64,000 nucleotides of DNA. It comes from an uncultured archaeon (GTDB taxonomy: Archaea > CAYFZR01). The position numbers were made by a program, and so were the translations under genes. The notes beneath the pieces were generated by a model, which saw only the letters and a list, made by a program, of their open reading frames with translations, had not been told where the DNA came from and did no database searches. The stretch lies in NCBI GenBank assembly GCA_964347835.1, contig CAYFZR010000065.1:19496-83495 (forward strand). The letters are read 5' to 3'. This document shows, in pieces, positions 35,395 to 44,996 of this stretch. Every line of letters begins with the position of its first letter. The stretch's first letter is position 1.

Positions 35395-35955
35395 TTACAT
35401 AAGGTTGATTATGTCTATACAGATCTCTAATATCTCTCTTGGGTTTTTTCCGACAATTCGGATTGCTGGCTCCTTGCCCAAATCTCCATCGTCATAAATA
35501 ATGTCTGGAACCTTTCCTTTAGCATTCTCGATGCTCTCCTTCACTATCCAGTTCATTGAACCGCCTTCTATATACTTTACACTATCTGGCTCTTTTCTTC
35601 TATCAATATAAGATAAGACTAAACCCCTTTTCTCAGCAACTTTCTTAACTGCTCTCAAAATATCTTTAGAGTATCTAATATTGATCGCTGATCGCCTTTT
35701 TCCATCGAATTTCATGACTTCTAATATGAATCTCGCTACATGAGAGGAGGCGCCAAAATCTGGTTCGAAGCAGACTACTGGTCGGCCATAGGCTACACTT
35801 ATCCTTCCCGGAACGCCCGCAACATCTTCTATATTTTTTGCACCTTTTCTTGCGTAGACGAAATTTGTCCTAATTTCCGGAATCAATTCGGAGAATTTAT
35901 AATGCTTCAGCAGAATATTTAAAGACTCTTTTAATTCTTTGATTTCGTCAGTCAT
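35395..35955 (-). CDS. ThiN-like domain protein (putative thiamine-phosphate synthase of the archaeal ThiN type), stand-alone
   Basis: 186 aa. The core AGVPGRISVAYGRPVVCFEPDFGASSHVARFILEVMKFDGKRRSAINIRYSKD is paralogous to the C-terminal domain of the 37181-38083 product. Confidence 0.45.
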   Translation of the reverse strand: MTDEIKELKESLNILLKHYKFSELIPEIRTNFVYARKGAKNIEDVAGVPGRISVAYGRPVVCFEPDFGASSHVARFILEVMKFDGKRRSAINIRYSKDILRAVKKVAEKRGLVLSYIDRRKEPDSVKYIEGGSMNWIVKESIENAKGKVPDIIYDDGDLGKEPAIRIVGKNPREILEICIDIINLM

Positions 35956-35985
35956 TTTCTTCCCTTTTCCTAATTCCCTTAAACT

Positions 35986-36591
35986 TCATAATTTAATTAC
36001 GATGTCCACGTCATCAATTAGTTTATTCATCAACTGTCTTTCTCTCTCAGTTACACCAGATCCCCTGTCCTCTGAGAGTTCTTCTCCGTAGTAGCCGTTT
36101 ATTACGGCGGTCTCGCTATTGTTTAAGACGTCCTTTAATATATCGTAGTCCCCGGCCTGTAAAAATAATGAAACGTCGTTGATGAATAGAATCGGAGTCG
36201 GTTTTTCTAGATATTTTTTGAGAATTTTCTCCATCATTGATGCATTCTCTTTGGCAAGTTTTTCAACCTCTAGACTAGTCTTTCCGGACATTCTAGGAGT
36301 GTTGACTTTCTCAGGAGAAAGGTACCCAACAGTTCTCTGAGTAAGAGTAGGGTCAGACAATTTTCCCCCCACTTTTTTATCTAATCTTATGATTTCGCCT
36401 GGAGCGAAATCGATTACCGTTATATTATTTCTAATTACATTATCCAGAATTGCGTTATCGCATATTTTCATCGCTTGATCTAAAAGCTTAGATGTTAAAG
36501 CCGTTTTTCCACTTCCGAGGTCCCCTATTATCAGAATTTTTTTTCGCATTATTTTAGCGTATTCTAACTCAGTCGAATCCTGGAAATCCAC
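35986..36591 (-). CDS. P-loop NTPase of unknown function
   Basis: 201 aa. Walker A GDLGSGKT. Sits between the ThiN and ThiW genes. Confidence 0.5.
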   Translation of the reverse strand: MDFQDSTELEYAKIMRKKILIIGDLGSGKTALTSKLLDQAMKICDNAILDNVIRNNITVIDFAPGEIIRLDKKVGGKLSDPTLTQRTVGYLSPEKVNTPRMSGKTSLEVEKLAKENASMMEKILKKYLEKPTPILFINDVSLFLQAGDYDILKDVLNNSETAVINGYYGEELSEDRGSGVTERERQLMNKLIDDVDIVIKL

Positions 36592-37063
36592 CTTTTCTCA
36601 ACCCTTTAATGACCAAGTATCCTATGATACTCCCAGGGATGCTACTGGCTAGAAAAGCAATAAGGAAAGCTGTTACGGTCATTGTTTTCCCTATCATCGG
36701 GGCAACTATCAAAGCGCTAATTATAGCACCAGTTCCTGTTCCAATGGGCTCTGTGAGAGCCACCAAGTCATTTTTTATAAAATGATAGGTAACACCCACC
36801 ACGAGAGCCCCGGGGATTCCTCCTGGAAAGGCAAATATTGTGCCGGTTCCAAGCATATTCCTGATTATGCCAGCGGCCGTTGCAACAGAGATGGCATACC
36901 ATGGACCGAGAAGAATACCTGAGATGGCGTTAACCATGTGTTGAAACGGGAAACATTTTGTTGGTCCTACAGGAAAGAAAATTGGGGATAGTATAACTGC
37001 AAGAGCAGTCAATACGGTAGCACCTGCAACCTTTTTGGTGTTTATCCTCCGTTTCTTTGCCAT
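36569..37063 (-). CDS. thiW: ECF-transporter S component, ThiW-like (thiamine precursor)
   Basis: Track ORF runs to 37111, but the likely start is MAKKRR at 37063. About 165 aa with about five TM helices and Gly-rich motifs (LGTGTIFAFPGGIPGAL). Confidence 0.45.
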   Translation of the reverse strand: MAKKRRINTKKVAGATVLTALAVILSPIFFPVGPTKCFPFQHMVNAISGILLGPWYAISVATAAGIIRNMLGTGTIFAFPGGIPGALVVGVTYHFIKNDLVALTEPIGTGTGAIISALIVAPMIGKTMTVTAFLIAFLASSIPGSIIGYLVIKGLRKGGFPGFD

Positions 37064-37180
37064 ATTTGTCACTCTCGGAAAATAGAGATTAACGCAACGT
37101 TTATGAGTCATTGATATTAATCATATATAAAGATTTCCAAGGCGTTTAAATAGTTAAATATAAAATTTGGAGGGATAAAT

Positions 37181-38083
37181 TTGAAATTTCCATGCGAATT
37201 GGTCGTGAAATATTTCTTACCAGCGGTCAGATACCGCATCTCCAAGCAAATGTCCGAATCTTTTAACCAAGAAGAGATAGCGGAAAAGTTAGGGGTGACG
37301 CAGTCTTTAATCTCTCTATACCTGAGTAATAAAATAAATGTTAATGATGAAATCTCAAAGAGATTGGAAGATTTTGACGTGGAATTAGAAAACCTTCCAC
37401 AAACCTCTGACATCGAGTTCATCATCTCTGTATGTAGACTATGTAAGGCGTTGAGATCAGACGATGTTATCTGTAACCTTCACAAGGAAATAGATCAGTC
37501 TCTATTAGCGTGCAACATTTGTTCCCGTCAGGAAGATCTAGAATTAGATAGAATTCACGTCTTAGACAATCTCAAAAAGGCGTTTACGATTTTAAGAAGA
37601 ACAGATAATATGGTAAATTTGGTGCCAGAAGTTTTTATTAATCTCGTGATGGCGGTTCCAAATCCAAAAAGCATATTTGATGTTGCTGGTTTTCCAGGAA
37701 GAATTGTGAAATCAGGTAATGAAATTAAAATCGTTGAGGAGCCTAAGTTCGGTGCCTCAAAACACATGGCGAACATCTTAGTGACAACTATGAGATTTGA
37801 TAATACAAAAAGAGCATGCATTAACATACGTTATTCAGATGAGACTTTAGATATCTGTAAAAAGATGAATTTAAGTACTGTACGTATAGAAAACAGATTT
37901 CAATCAACGGATCTTGACGCGAAACTATCAAAAAATATAGAAAATGTTTTAGAAAAGGAAGTTCCAGATGTTTTATATGATCTTGGAGACGTAGGTATAG
38001 AGTCAATAATCTATATTTTTGCGCCCTCCGCCATAGAAGTAGCAAGTATCGTACAAAAAATTAGCGCTGGGTTATTAAATTGA
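37181..38083 (+). CDS. HTH domain fused to ThiN-like domain (ThiR-like regulator or ThiN enzyme)
   Basis: 300 aa. N-terminal HTH (EEIAEKLGVTQSLISLYLS). C-terminal domain AGFPGRIVKSGNEIKIVEEPKFGASKHMANILVTTMRFDNTKRACINIRYSDE is paralogous to the 35395-35955 product. Confidence 0.5.
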   Translation: MKFPCELVVKYFLPAVRYRISKQMSESFNQEEIAEKLGVTQSLISLYLSNKINVNDEISKRLEDFDVELENLPQTSDIEFIISVCRLCKALRSDDVICNLHKEIDQSLLACNICSRQEDLELDRIHVLDNLKKAFTILRRTDNMVNLVPEVFINLVMAVPNPKSIFDVAGFPGRIVKSGNEIKIVEEPKFGASKHMANILVTTMRFDNTKRACINIRYSDETLDICKKMNLSTVRIENRFQSTDLDAKLSKNIENVLEKEVPDVLYDLGDVGIESIIYIFAPSAIEVASIVQKISAGLLN

Positions 38084-38943
38084 GCATAGTGAAGATTAAA
38101 TCACTTAGTTATAAATACGCGATGGAAGAAGAATATGTTCTCAGAGGCATCAACCTCGAAATATTCGAGGGAGATTTCGTCGTAATTGCAGGACCTACTG
38201 GAGGCGGGAAATCTACTTTATGTCGATGTATGGTAGGTTTGATTCCTCATTTTTATTCCGGCGAGATGGAAGGATCTGTAGAGGTTTTTGGGAGAAACAT
38301 TAGGGAAACAAGCACCCCCGAACTTTCGAGAACTATTGGCATGGTACTTCAGAATCCCATGGATCAACTCGTGGCGATGAGTGTTGAGAGAGAAGTAGCA
38401 TTCGGACCTGAAAACCTTGGACTCCCGCGAAAGGAGTTGCGTAACCGGGTTGAGGAAAGTTTGTTAAAAACCAAGATTTATGGGTTAAGAGATAGAAATC
38501 CACTGGAACTCTCTGCAGGTCAGTTACAAAAGGTGGCGATTGCATCTATACTAGCGATGAAGCCTAAAATACTAATTTTAGATGAGCCTACTTCAGAATT
38601 GGATCCTAAAAGTGCGATAGATATCTTTAATTTATTGAAAGAACTCAATAATCAAGGAATCACGATTATTTTAATTGAACACAGACTAGAACACGCAATC
38701 AATCTTGTAAACCGTTTAATCATCATGGATGAGGGGAAAATAGTGCTCGATGGAGATCCGCGTTCAGTCTTATCGACGATATTGGAAAGCAAAGACATGG
38801 AAAAAATCGGAGTATCCGTCCCTAAAATTTCAATTTTGGCAAAACAACTTATGGATGCAGGCATATCTATAAGCAAACTTCCATTAACTACTAAAGAACT
38901 GGTTGCTCTTCTGGGTGATTTTCTTGCCATACATAGTCTTTGA
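38080..38943 (+). CDS. ecfA: ECF transporter ATPase component (EcfA/CbiO-like)
   Basis: 287 aa. Walker A GPTGGGKST, signature LSAGQLQKV, Walker B ILILDEPTSELD. Confidence 0.85.
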   Translation: MSIVKIKSLSYKYAMEEEYVLRGINLEIFEGDFVVIAGPTGGGKSTLCRCMVGLIPHFYSGEMEGSVEVFGRNIRETSTPELSRTIGMVLQNPMDQLVAMSVEREVAFGPENLGLPRKELRNRVEESLLKTKIYGLRDRNPLELSAGQLQKVAIASILAMKPKILILDEPTSELDPKSAIDIFNLLKELNNQGITIILIEHRLEHAINLVNRLIIMDEGKIVLDGDPRSVLSTILESKDMEKIGVSVPKISILAKQLMDAGISISKLPLTTKELVALLGDFLAIHSL

Positions 38944-39745
38944 TAAAGTTGAATTCACCTATCCTAATGGAATCAAAGCGTTAAATGGAATCAGCCTCAG
39001 CATAAACAAAGGAGAATTCGTTGCCATAATGGGGGAAAATGGTTCCGGTAAAACCACACTGGCAAAACATGTGATAGGTCTTCTAAAACCAGATAAGGGG
39101 AATGTGCACGTTGATGGATACGATACAAAGGAAACAAGAACGGAAGATCTCGTTAAGAAAATTGGATACGTCTTTCAGAACCCCTTACATCAAATATTTT
39201 CTGATACCGTCGAGAAAGAGATTCTGATTGGACTTAAGCATAAGGATGAGAATAAAAACAGATTGGATTACGTAATAAATCTCCTTGAATTATCCAAGTA
39301 TCGTAACAGGCACCCGCTCAGGGTTAGCGAAGGAGAACGGAAAAAAATTACTATTGCGTCAATTTTGGCGTTAGATCCTGATATCATTATTTTAGATGAG
39401 CCAACGCTTGGACAAGATTTTAGGCAGAAAAAGAAACTCTCTGAATTATTACACAGACTTAATTCTGAAGGAAAAGGAGTGATCCTTATTTCACATGATG
39501 TTGAATTTATCTCAGAAAATGTAAACCGAGTAATCCTATTGTCTCAAGGAAAAATCCTAGCGGATGCTTCCACACAAGAAATTATGTACTCAAAAGAAAT
39601 ATTAGAGAGGGCAAAACTCATAAGACCTCAAATTGTTGAACTCGTTGATTTCTTAGAGGAATATGGAATCAAGAAAAAAACTCTAGCGTTAGAAGAAGTT
39701 TACAAGTCTATACTTCAGATATTGGGAGGAAAAGATTTTGTTTAA
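38903..39745 (+). CDS. ecfA2: ECF transporter ATPase component (EcfA', CbiO-like)
   Basis: 280 aa. Walker A GENGSGKTT, signature VSEGERKKI, Walker B IIILDEPTLGQD. Confidence 0.85.
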   Translation: MLFWVIFLPYIVFDKVEFTYPNGIKALNGISLSINKGEFVAIMGENGSGKTTLAKHVIGLLKPDKGNVHVDGYDTKETRTEDLVKKIGYVFQNPLHQIFSDTVEKEILIGLKHKDENKNRLDYVINLLELSKYRNRHPLRVSEGERKKITIASILALDPDIIILDEPTLGQDFRQKKKLSELLHRLNSEGKGVILISHDVEFISENVNRVILLSQGKILADASTQEIMYSKEILERAKLIRPQIVELVDFLEEYGIKKKTLALEEVYKSILQILGGKDFV

Positions 39746-40454
39746 TCGGTTTCGTTTTAAAAAAGGGGAAACATGGCTTTACAAACTTGATCCCAGGAGT
39801 AAACTATTTTTAACCCTGACGATAACAATCCTTTGCTTAATAAACGCGAATCTTTACTATCAGGTTGGATTATCTATAACAATATTCCTTATTGCAGTAT
39901 CTGCTAAGTTTTCAGATGAATGGGTAAAGACAATAAAGGCGTCAGCGCCTTTAATCATATTTGTAGGAGTTTTAAATTACTTCTATCTCGATTTAATTTA
40001 TAGTTTGGTTATATCGCTAAGACTCCTAAATTTGATAGCAATCTTTTCAATCTTTTTTTTAACCACTCCGCCAGAGAGGCTGGAATCGGCTCTTAGAAAA
40101 CTCAGATTTCCAGATACATTTAATTTCATATTTGTTACCGGTATAAAATACGTTTGGATTCTAGCCAGAGAAGCCAATGAAATTTCGGATGCGTATAAAG
40201 CCAGAGGAATTTCTACAGGGAGAAGTTTTTTTGGAAGGGCGCGCTTTTTCCTCATGGCACTTATACCTTTAGTTACTATTTCTATTATGCGTTCACATAG
40301 TTTAGCCGAAGCATTGGAGATGAGAGCATTTGGTTCCGGGAAAAGAACCATGCTTGAGGAGTTTGTTATGGTAGAGAGGGATTGGTTAGTTATATTTCTC
40401 TCTTTGCTTATTGTAGGATTGAGTTTATCTATAAATTACAAACTTTTTTCCTAA
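39738..40454 (+). CDS. ecfT: ECF transporter transmembrane T component (EcfT/CbiQ)
   Basis: 238 aa with five to six TM helices and an ARG motif region (AYKARGIST). Overlaps the ecfA' stop. Confidence 0.75.
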   Translation: MFNRFRFKKGETWLYKLDPRSKLFLTLTITILCLINANLYYQVGLSITIFLIAVSAKFSDEWVKTIKASAPLIIFVGVLNYFYLDLIYSLVISLRLLNLIAIFSIFFLTTPPERLESALRKLRFPDTFNFIFVTGIKYVWILAREANEISDAYKARGISTGRSFFGRARFFLMALIPLVTISIMRSHSLAEALEMRAFGSGKRTMLEEFVMVERDWLVIFLSLLIVGLSLSINYKLFS

Positions 40455-40460
40455 CGGCGT

Positions 40461-40637
40461 GCAAGTATGGGACTTAATAAAAACATGATAAAGACAATAA
40501 TTAAGAGTGTCCATCCTAAATTGAGGAGTTTTCCACTTTCTTCTGCACGACGCGCTGCGAGTATGAAAACCCAAGCAAGAGCAAGAATTAAAATTTGAAT
40601 AGTGAAATACTCCCTCCTACTGACCATTTAATTTCAC
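40461..40637 (-). CDS. Possible small two-helix membrane protein
   Basis: 58-aa reverse-strand ORF (MVSRREYFTIQILILALAWVFILAARRAEESGKLLNLGWTLLIIVFIMFLLSPILARR) inside an otherwise empty 340-bp gap. Below the track cut-off. Confidence 0.2.
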
Positions 40638-40793
40638 CCTATGGAATCTTGCAATTTTAATGCTTATTTATGTTTTCCATAAGTATTTCCCTAAACGTTT
40701 ATAATGTAATAAGCTGCACATGAAAAAACAAGTGAAACCTTCTCAAACCTCGTTGCAGTAATAAAACGAATTCAGACAAAGGAGAACGGAAAA

Positions 40794-41423
40794 ATGGGAA
40801 TACTTGATAGGTTAAAAAGAGAGAAAGAAGAACCAGAAGATGCTCAAGGTTTGTATGAAAAAGGATTTTTGTTGTGGGAGCAAGGTAAACTCGAAAAGGC
40901 AATAAAATATTTTGATAAAACGCTGGAGTTAAATCCAAGAAACGGAAAGGCATGGTACTACAAGGGATTCGCCTTATATTACTTAGGAAAATATGATAGG
41001 GCTATAGAATCCTATGACGAAGCGATAAAGATAAATCAGAACTATGTCGAGGCATGGACCAACAAAGGACTCTGTCTGGGAAGATTAGATGAATATGAAG
41101 AGGCAATTGAATGTTTAGACAGGGCATTAGAGATTGACTCAAATCATGTCGAGGCATGGAACAATAAAGGATGGGTTTTGAACTTAATGAAAAAGTTTGA
41201 AGAAGCTCTCTCATGTTGTGATAGGGCTATTGAAATAGATCCTAACCTTCCTGAACCATGGTGTAACAAAGGATATGCCTTGTGCGGACTAAATAGGTAT
41301 GATGAGGCTCTGGAGTGTGTTGATAAGGCTTCAGAGATGAACCCTGACGACCTATCATACAGTAGACTTAAGTATATTATTTCGTTAAGGAAAAAGGAAG
41401 ATGAAGAAGAGGATTATTTTTAA
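40794..41423 (+). CDS. TPR-repeat protein
   Basis: 209 aa with five to six tandem 34-aa TPR units (AWYYKGFALYYLGKYDRAIESYDEAIKINQNY ...). Confidence 0.85.
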   Translation: MGILDRLKREKEEPEDAQGLYEKGFLLWEQGKLEKAIKYFDKTLELNPRNGKAWYYKGFALYYLGKYDRAIESYDEAIKINQNYVEAWTNKGLCLGRLDEYEEAIECLDRALEIDSNHVEAWNNKGWVLNLMKKFEEALSCCDRAIEIDPNLPEPWCNKGYALCGLNRYDEALECVDKASEMNPDDLSYSRLKYIISLRKKEDEEEDYF

Positions 41424-41482
41424 TTAAATGAAAAGTTTAAATTGTGGGTTAAAATAAGGTTTACTGAACAGGCGGTGAAAAA

Positions 41483-42055
41483 ATGAAAGAAAGGTCAGTT
41501 AAAATCTTTAGGGGAGCGCGGGGTTACCCTCATAACTATGCCAGGGGTTTTTATCTCATGGTGATGTCTTTACCTTTCGCATTTATTATGTTTTTAAATA
41601 TCAAAGCTTCTCCGTGGAATACTAAGGATTTATTATTATTTTTAATTCCTGTATTTTCCCTCTTACTTGGATGGCAGATGTCCGGTCTCCGACCTGTACG
41701 TTACGCGCTCACCGATGAAGCGCTATTAATTCGACACGCGATAGGAAGAACCAAGATACCATATAGCAAGATGGAAAGCATAATACCGGACTCTTTTATT
41801 TTGACGGAGGTAGGGCGGGACTCAATTTTCGGTATGTCATCAACAAAGCAACTCATCAAATTTTCCACTGATTATAAAGTCACGATGGACAGTTATCTGT
41901 TACTTGGTCCGACCGTTTCCAAAATGAAGGGAGATTGCTTACTGGTGAAATTGGCTGAAAAAAATAAATGTATCGTTATTACTCCAAGAAATATGGAAAG
42001 ATTCATCGAAGAGATCTCAAATCACGTCAAAGTGGAGAAATCTGAGACCAAGTAA
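41483..42055 (+). CDS. Membrane protein, unknown function
   Basis: 190 aa with two N-terminal TM helices and a soluble C-terminal domain. Confidence 0.4.
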   Translation: MKERSVKIFRGARGYPHNYARGFYLMVMSLPFAFIMFLNIKASPWNTKDLLLFLIPVFSLLLGWQMSGLRPVRYALTDEALLIRHAIGRTKIPYSKMESIIPDSFILTEVGRDSIFGMSSTKQLIKFSTDYKVTMDSYLLLGPTVSKMKGDCLLVKLAEKNKCIVITPRNMERFIEEISNHVKVEKSETK

Positions 42056-42073
42056 ATTTATTCAATTTAATAT

Positions 42074-42598
42074 CTACAACCTCTTACCTGTTCTAGTATC
42101 CCAGAAGCCTGTAACTACAAACCCTGACCCGAACAATATAATTAGTATTGGAAGGACTTCGATGGGTCTGGGAATCTCCAAGCCCATCTTAAGTATATCG
42201 TTTAGGAGATAAATTAATAATTGGAGAATAACTCCCATTTCTAAGAATATCATTCCAAAAATTATGTTTTGATTCTTTGTTAATTCTGTAACCGAGTATA
42301 AACCGCCAACAAATAAAACACCCATGGAAATGCCGATAATTATTCCGATAGTGAGATTTTTAATGATAAGACCTAGTGCATAGCCGCTTATGACAAGTAA
42401 TAAAAAAATTATCAAAAGAGACCGCTTCATTTTTTTTCTTCGGGATTTGACAATTTCTTCGTCGTATTTGAATTCTAAGAGAGCATCATCGAGGGTTAGA
42501 ATCATCTTACAGTTCATGCAAATGAATTTCTCCTTAGGCTTAAGACCCTTTACCCTTATTCTCCTCCCACAACCAGGACAGTCGATTTTATTAGCCAT
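42074..42598 (-). CDS. Zinc-ribbon plus multi-helix membrane protein
   Basis: 174 aa. CPGCGRRIRVKGLKPKEKFICMNCKM at the N-terminus, then four TM helices. Confidence 0.45.
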   Translation of the reverse strand: MANKIDCPGCGRRIRVKGLKPKEKFICMNCKMILTLDDALLEFKYDEEIVKSRRKKMKRSLLIIFLLLVISGYALGLIIKNLTIGIIIGISMGVLFVGGLYSVTELTKNQNIIFGMIFLEMGVILQLLIYLLNDILKMGLEIPRPIEVLPILIILFGSGFVVTGFWDTRTGKRL

Positions 42599-42740
42599 GA
42601 TAATCCTTTTGATATTTATTAGTTTATAAAATTTCCTTTATTTATTAGAATCATTTTAGAAGAATCTCAATCAAAAAGCAAAAAATAAAAATTAAAGGTG
42701 GTGATCTCCTTTCAGAGATCGTGTGTTCTTAGCCATTATG

Positions 42741-43961
42741 CTATAGTGCTTCCTTAGGTACTTTGGCGGTGTACGCAAGTATAGCTGCTATTATACAAAG
42801 GGCCGATCCCATATAGAAGGATTCTAAGTATCTTCCTGTAACGTCGAATACGAATCCCGCTACCTGAGGTCCTACTACACCGGCTACTCCCCATGAACAG
42901 AAAACAAGACCGTAGTTTACACCTATGTTCTTAGGTCCAAAGAAGTCTGCTGTCGCTGATGGGAACAGAGAGAAGTTGGCTCCGTAACAGAATCCAATAA
43001 TCATCACCGTTGGATATAGCGTTGCAATACTGCCACCCATCTTGAAGAGTATAGCCATCATTATAGCCTGAATACCGAACATCAGACCCATCGTTGTAGG
43101 CCTTCCGAGGTAGTCTGATAACCAGCCTGCTCCCGGCCTTCCAAGACCGTTTAGAATGGATAACATACTTATAGCGAAGGCTGCTCTTACTGGATCGATT
43201 CCTGATTCAATAGCGAAAGCGGCTAAGTGTCCTATTACCAAAAGACCTGCCTGAGCCGCAAAGACGAAGGCTAACCAAACTTGCCAGAACGTACGCGTCT
43301 TTAAGATCTGTCCGGGCTCCAAGTCTTTTACTGCTTTTGCCATTGCTGATGATTCAGGTGGTGTCCATCCCGGAGGCACGTAACCTGGTGGCGGAAGCCT
43401 CAGGAGTTGAGAGAATACTGGTATACCGATTATAAACAGGACTCCAAAGTATAGGAAACATTTTCTCCATCCTAATGCCGGGTTAAGGATAATTGACGTT
43501 CCTATAGGCGCTAAGAAGAACGCTCCAGCACCGAATCCCATCACGATTAAACCTGTAACGAGTCCTCTCTTGTCTGGGAACCATTTTATACCAGTGGCTA
43601 CCGGAGTAACATAAGCAGCTGCTTCACCGATTCCTCCAATTATACCGTAGGTAAACAGCAAGTATGGCAACGATTGAGCCCATGTAGAGAGTATGAACCC
43701 AAGACCAAGTAGAACACCGCCTCCCGTTGCTACCCATTTAGGTCCGTAAATGTCCTGCAATTTACCTGCTGGAATCATCATAAATCCGAACAAGAATACA
43801 ACAACTGTGAATGGGCTTGCTGCTTGCGCCTTAGTCCAGCCAAATTCAGCCATCAATGGTTTGATGAATATAGACCAACTGTAGATAACTCCAAGCTGTA
43901 AGTTTACGATTAGACCGCCTACTACCACTAACCATCGATTGAATACTTTCTCTTCTGCCAT
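42741..43961 (-). CDS. MFS transporter, oxalate/formate antiporter (OFA) family
   Basis: 406 aa with 12 predicted TM helices. OFA-type N-terminus (RWLVVVGGLIVNLQLGVIYSWSIF). Confidence 0.8.
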   Translation of the reverse strand: MAEEKVFNRWLVVVGGLIVNLQLGVIYSWSIFIKPLMAEFGWTKAQAASPFTVVVFLFGFMMIPAGKLQDIYGPKWVATGGGVLLGLGFILSTWAQSLPYLLFTYGIIGGIGEAAAYVTPVATGIKWFPDKRGLVTGLIVMGFGAGAFFLAPIGTSIILNPALGWRKCFLYFGVLFIIGIPVFSQLLRLPPPGYVPPGWTPPESSAMAKAVKDLEPGQILKTRTFWQVWLAFVFAAQAGLLVIGHLAAFAIESGIDPVRAAFAISMLSILNGLGRPGAGWLSDYLGRPTTMGLMFGIQAIMMAILFKMGGSIATLYPTVMIIGFCYGANFSLFPSATADFFGPKNIGVNYGLVFCSWGVAGVVGPQVAGFVFDVTGRYLESFYMGSALCIIAAILAYTAKVPKEAL

Positions 43962-44282
43962 TTTTTCACCTCCCTAAAGTTTATTAAAGCCCCCCGACTT
44001 TACCGAACTATAATGAACTATTGTTATAGTTCTAAGATCAGTTGTATATTTTGATATATTAAAGTTTCGGTTTCCGAGCATATACAATTTCAACGATTAA
44101 AAACAATATTATTTTCATTTTGCTACTATCAATTCTATAAAAATTAAAACTTGATCGAAACTTTTATATTCCAAACGCTTAATCATATGATTAACTTTTC
44201 AACTTGATTCCATGCTATCGTATTTACCTAAAATAATATAAGCGTAATTTGTGATGAAAATAAAGACTTAAAAACCCAAATT

Positions 44283-44996
44283 TTGAGGGGAAGGGAAATG
44301 GAAGCACTTATTCTTGCGGCTGGAGATGGGACTAGGCTCGGATCAGTTACAACGAGAACTCCAAAGGTATTACTAGAGGTAGATGGCGAACCCATTATAG
44401 TCAAAACTTTAAATTCTCTTAAAAATATAGGCATATCGCGAGTTACCATAGTAATAGGGTTTTTGGGTGATAATATAATTAAATATCTGGGAAATAAATG
44501 GAAAGGTCTAAGAATAGACTACGCTTTAAGCGACTGGTACGGAGACGGGATTGTAAGATCTATTATAAAGGCAAAAGATTGTACCAACGAGAGTTTCTTA
44601 TTGCTTTTGGGCGACAATATATTTGAAGAGGAACTGCTCAAGAATCTATCCAAAGTAAGCGGAGACTTCATCCTTCCAGTAGATAAAGACCTCTCGAAGG
44701 AAGGACTTAGGATCAGGTGCGATTTTGAAGGCAAGATTATAGAATGGGGAAACGAGATAAGAGAATATAACGGAATAGCCATGGGCGCTTCCCTTTGCTC
44801 TCCTGTTGTTTTTAAGGCTTATGAACAGGCTCTGAGAAATGGTAAAGTCGACAGACTCGATTGCTTACCTTGGCTTTACGAAAACGGTTACAACGTTAAG
44901 ATTCTCGAAGTACACAACAAGAGATGGTTCGATATAGATACGTTGGAAGACTTGTACATGGCTAGAAAGGCTCAAGTTCTGAAAGAGATCTTATGA
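44283..44996 (+). CDS. Sugar/alcohol-phosphate nucleotidyltransferase, CTP:inositol-1-phosphate cytidylyltransferase (IPCT)-like
   Basis: 237 aa. LILAAGDGTRLG nucleotide-binding motif, LLGDNIFEE, and C-terminal WFDIDTLEDL matching the IPCT WMDVDTKED motif. Confidence 0.65.
   Translation: MRGREMEALILAAGDGTRLGSVTTRTPKVLLEVDGEPIIVKTLNSLKNIGISRVTIVIGFLGDNIIKYLGNKWKGLRIDYALSDWYGDGIVRSIIKAKDCTNESFLLLLGDNIFEEELLKNLSKVSGDFILPVDKDLSKEGLRIRCDFEGKIIEWGNEIREYNGIAMGASLCSPVVFKAYEQALRNGKVDRLDCLPWLYENGYNVKILEVHNKRWFDIDTLEDLYMARKAQVLKEIL

Noticed and set aside
37064-37180. TPP riboswitch upstream of thiW
   Set aside because: Reverse-complement of the region lacks the conserved CUGAGA/ACCUGAUCUGGAUAAUGCCAGCG elements. 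An HTH-ThiN regulator is present instead.
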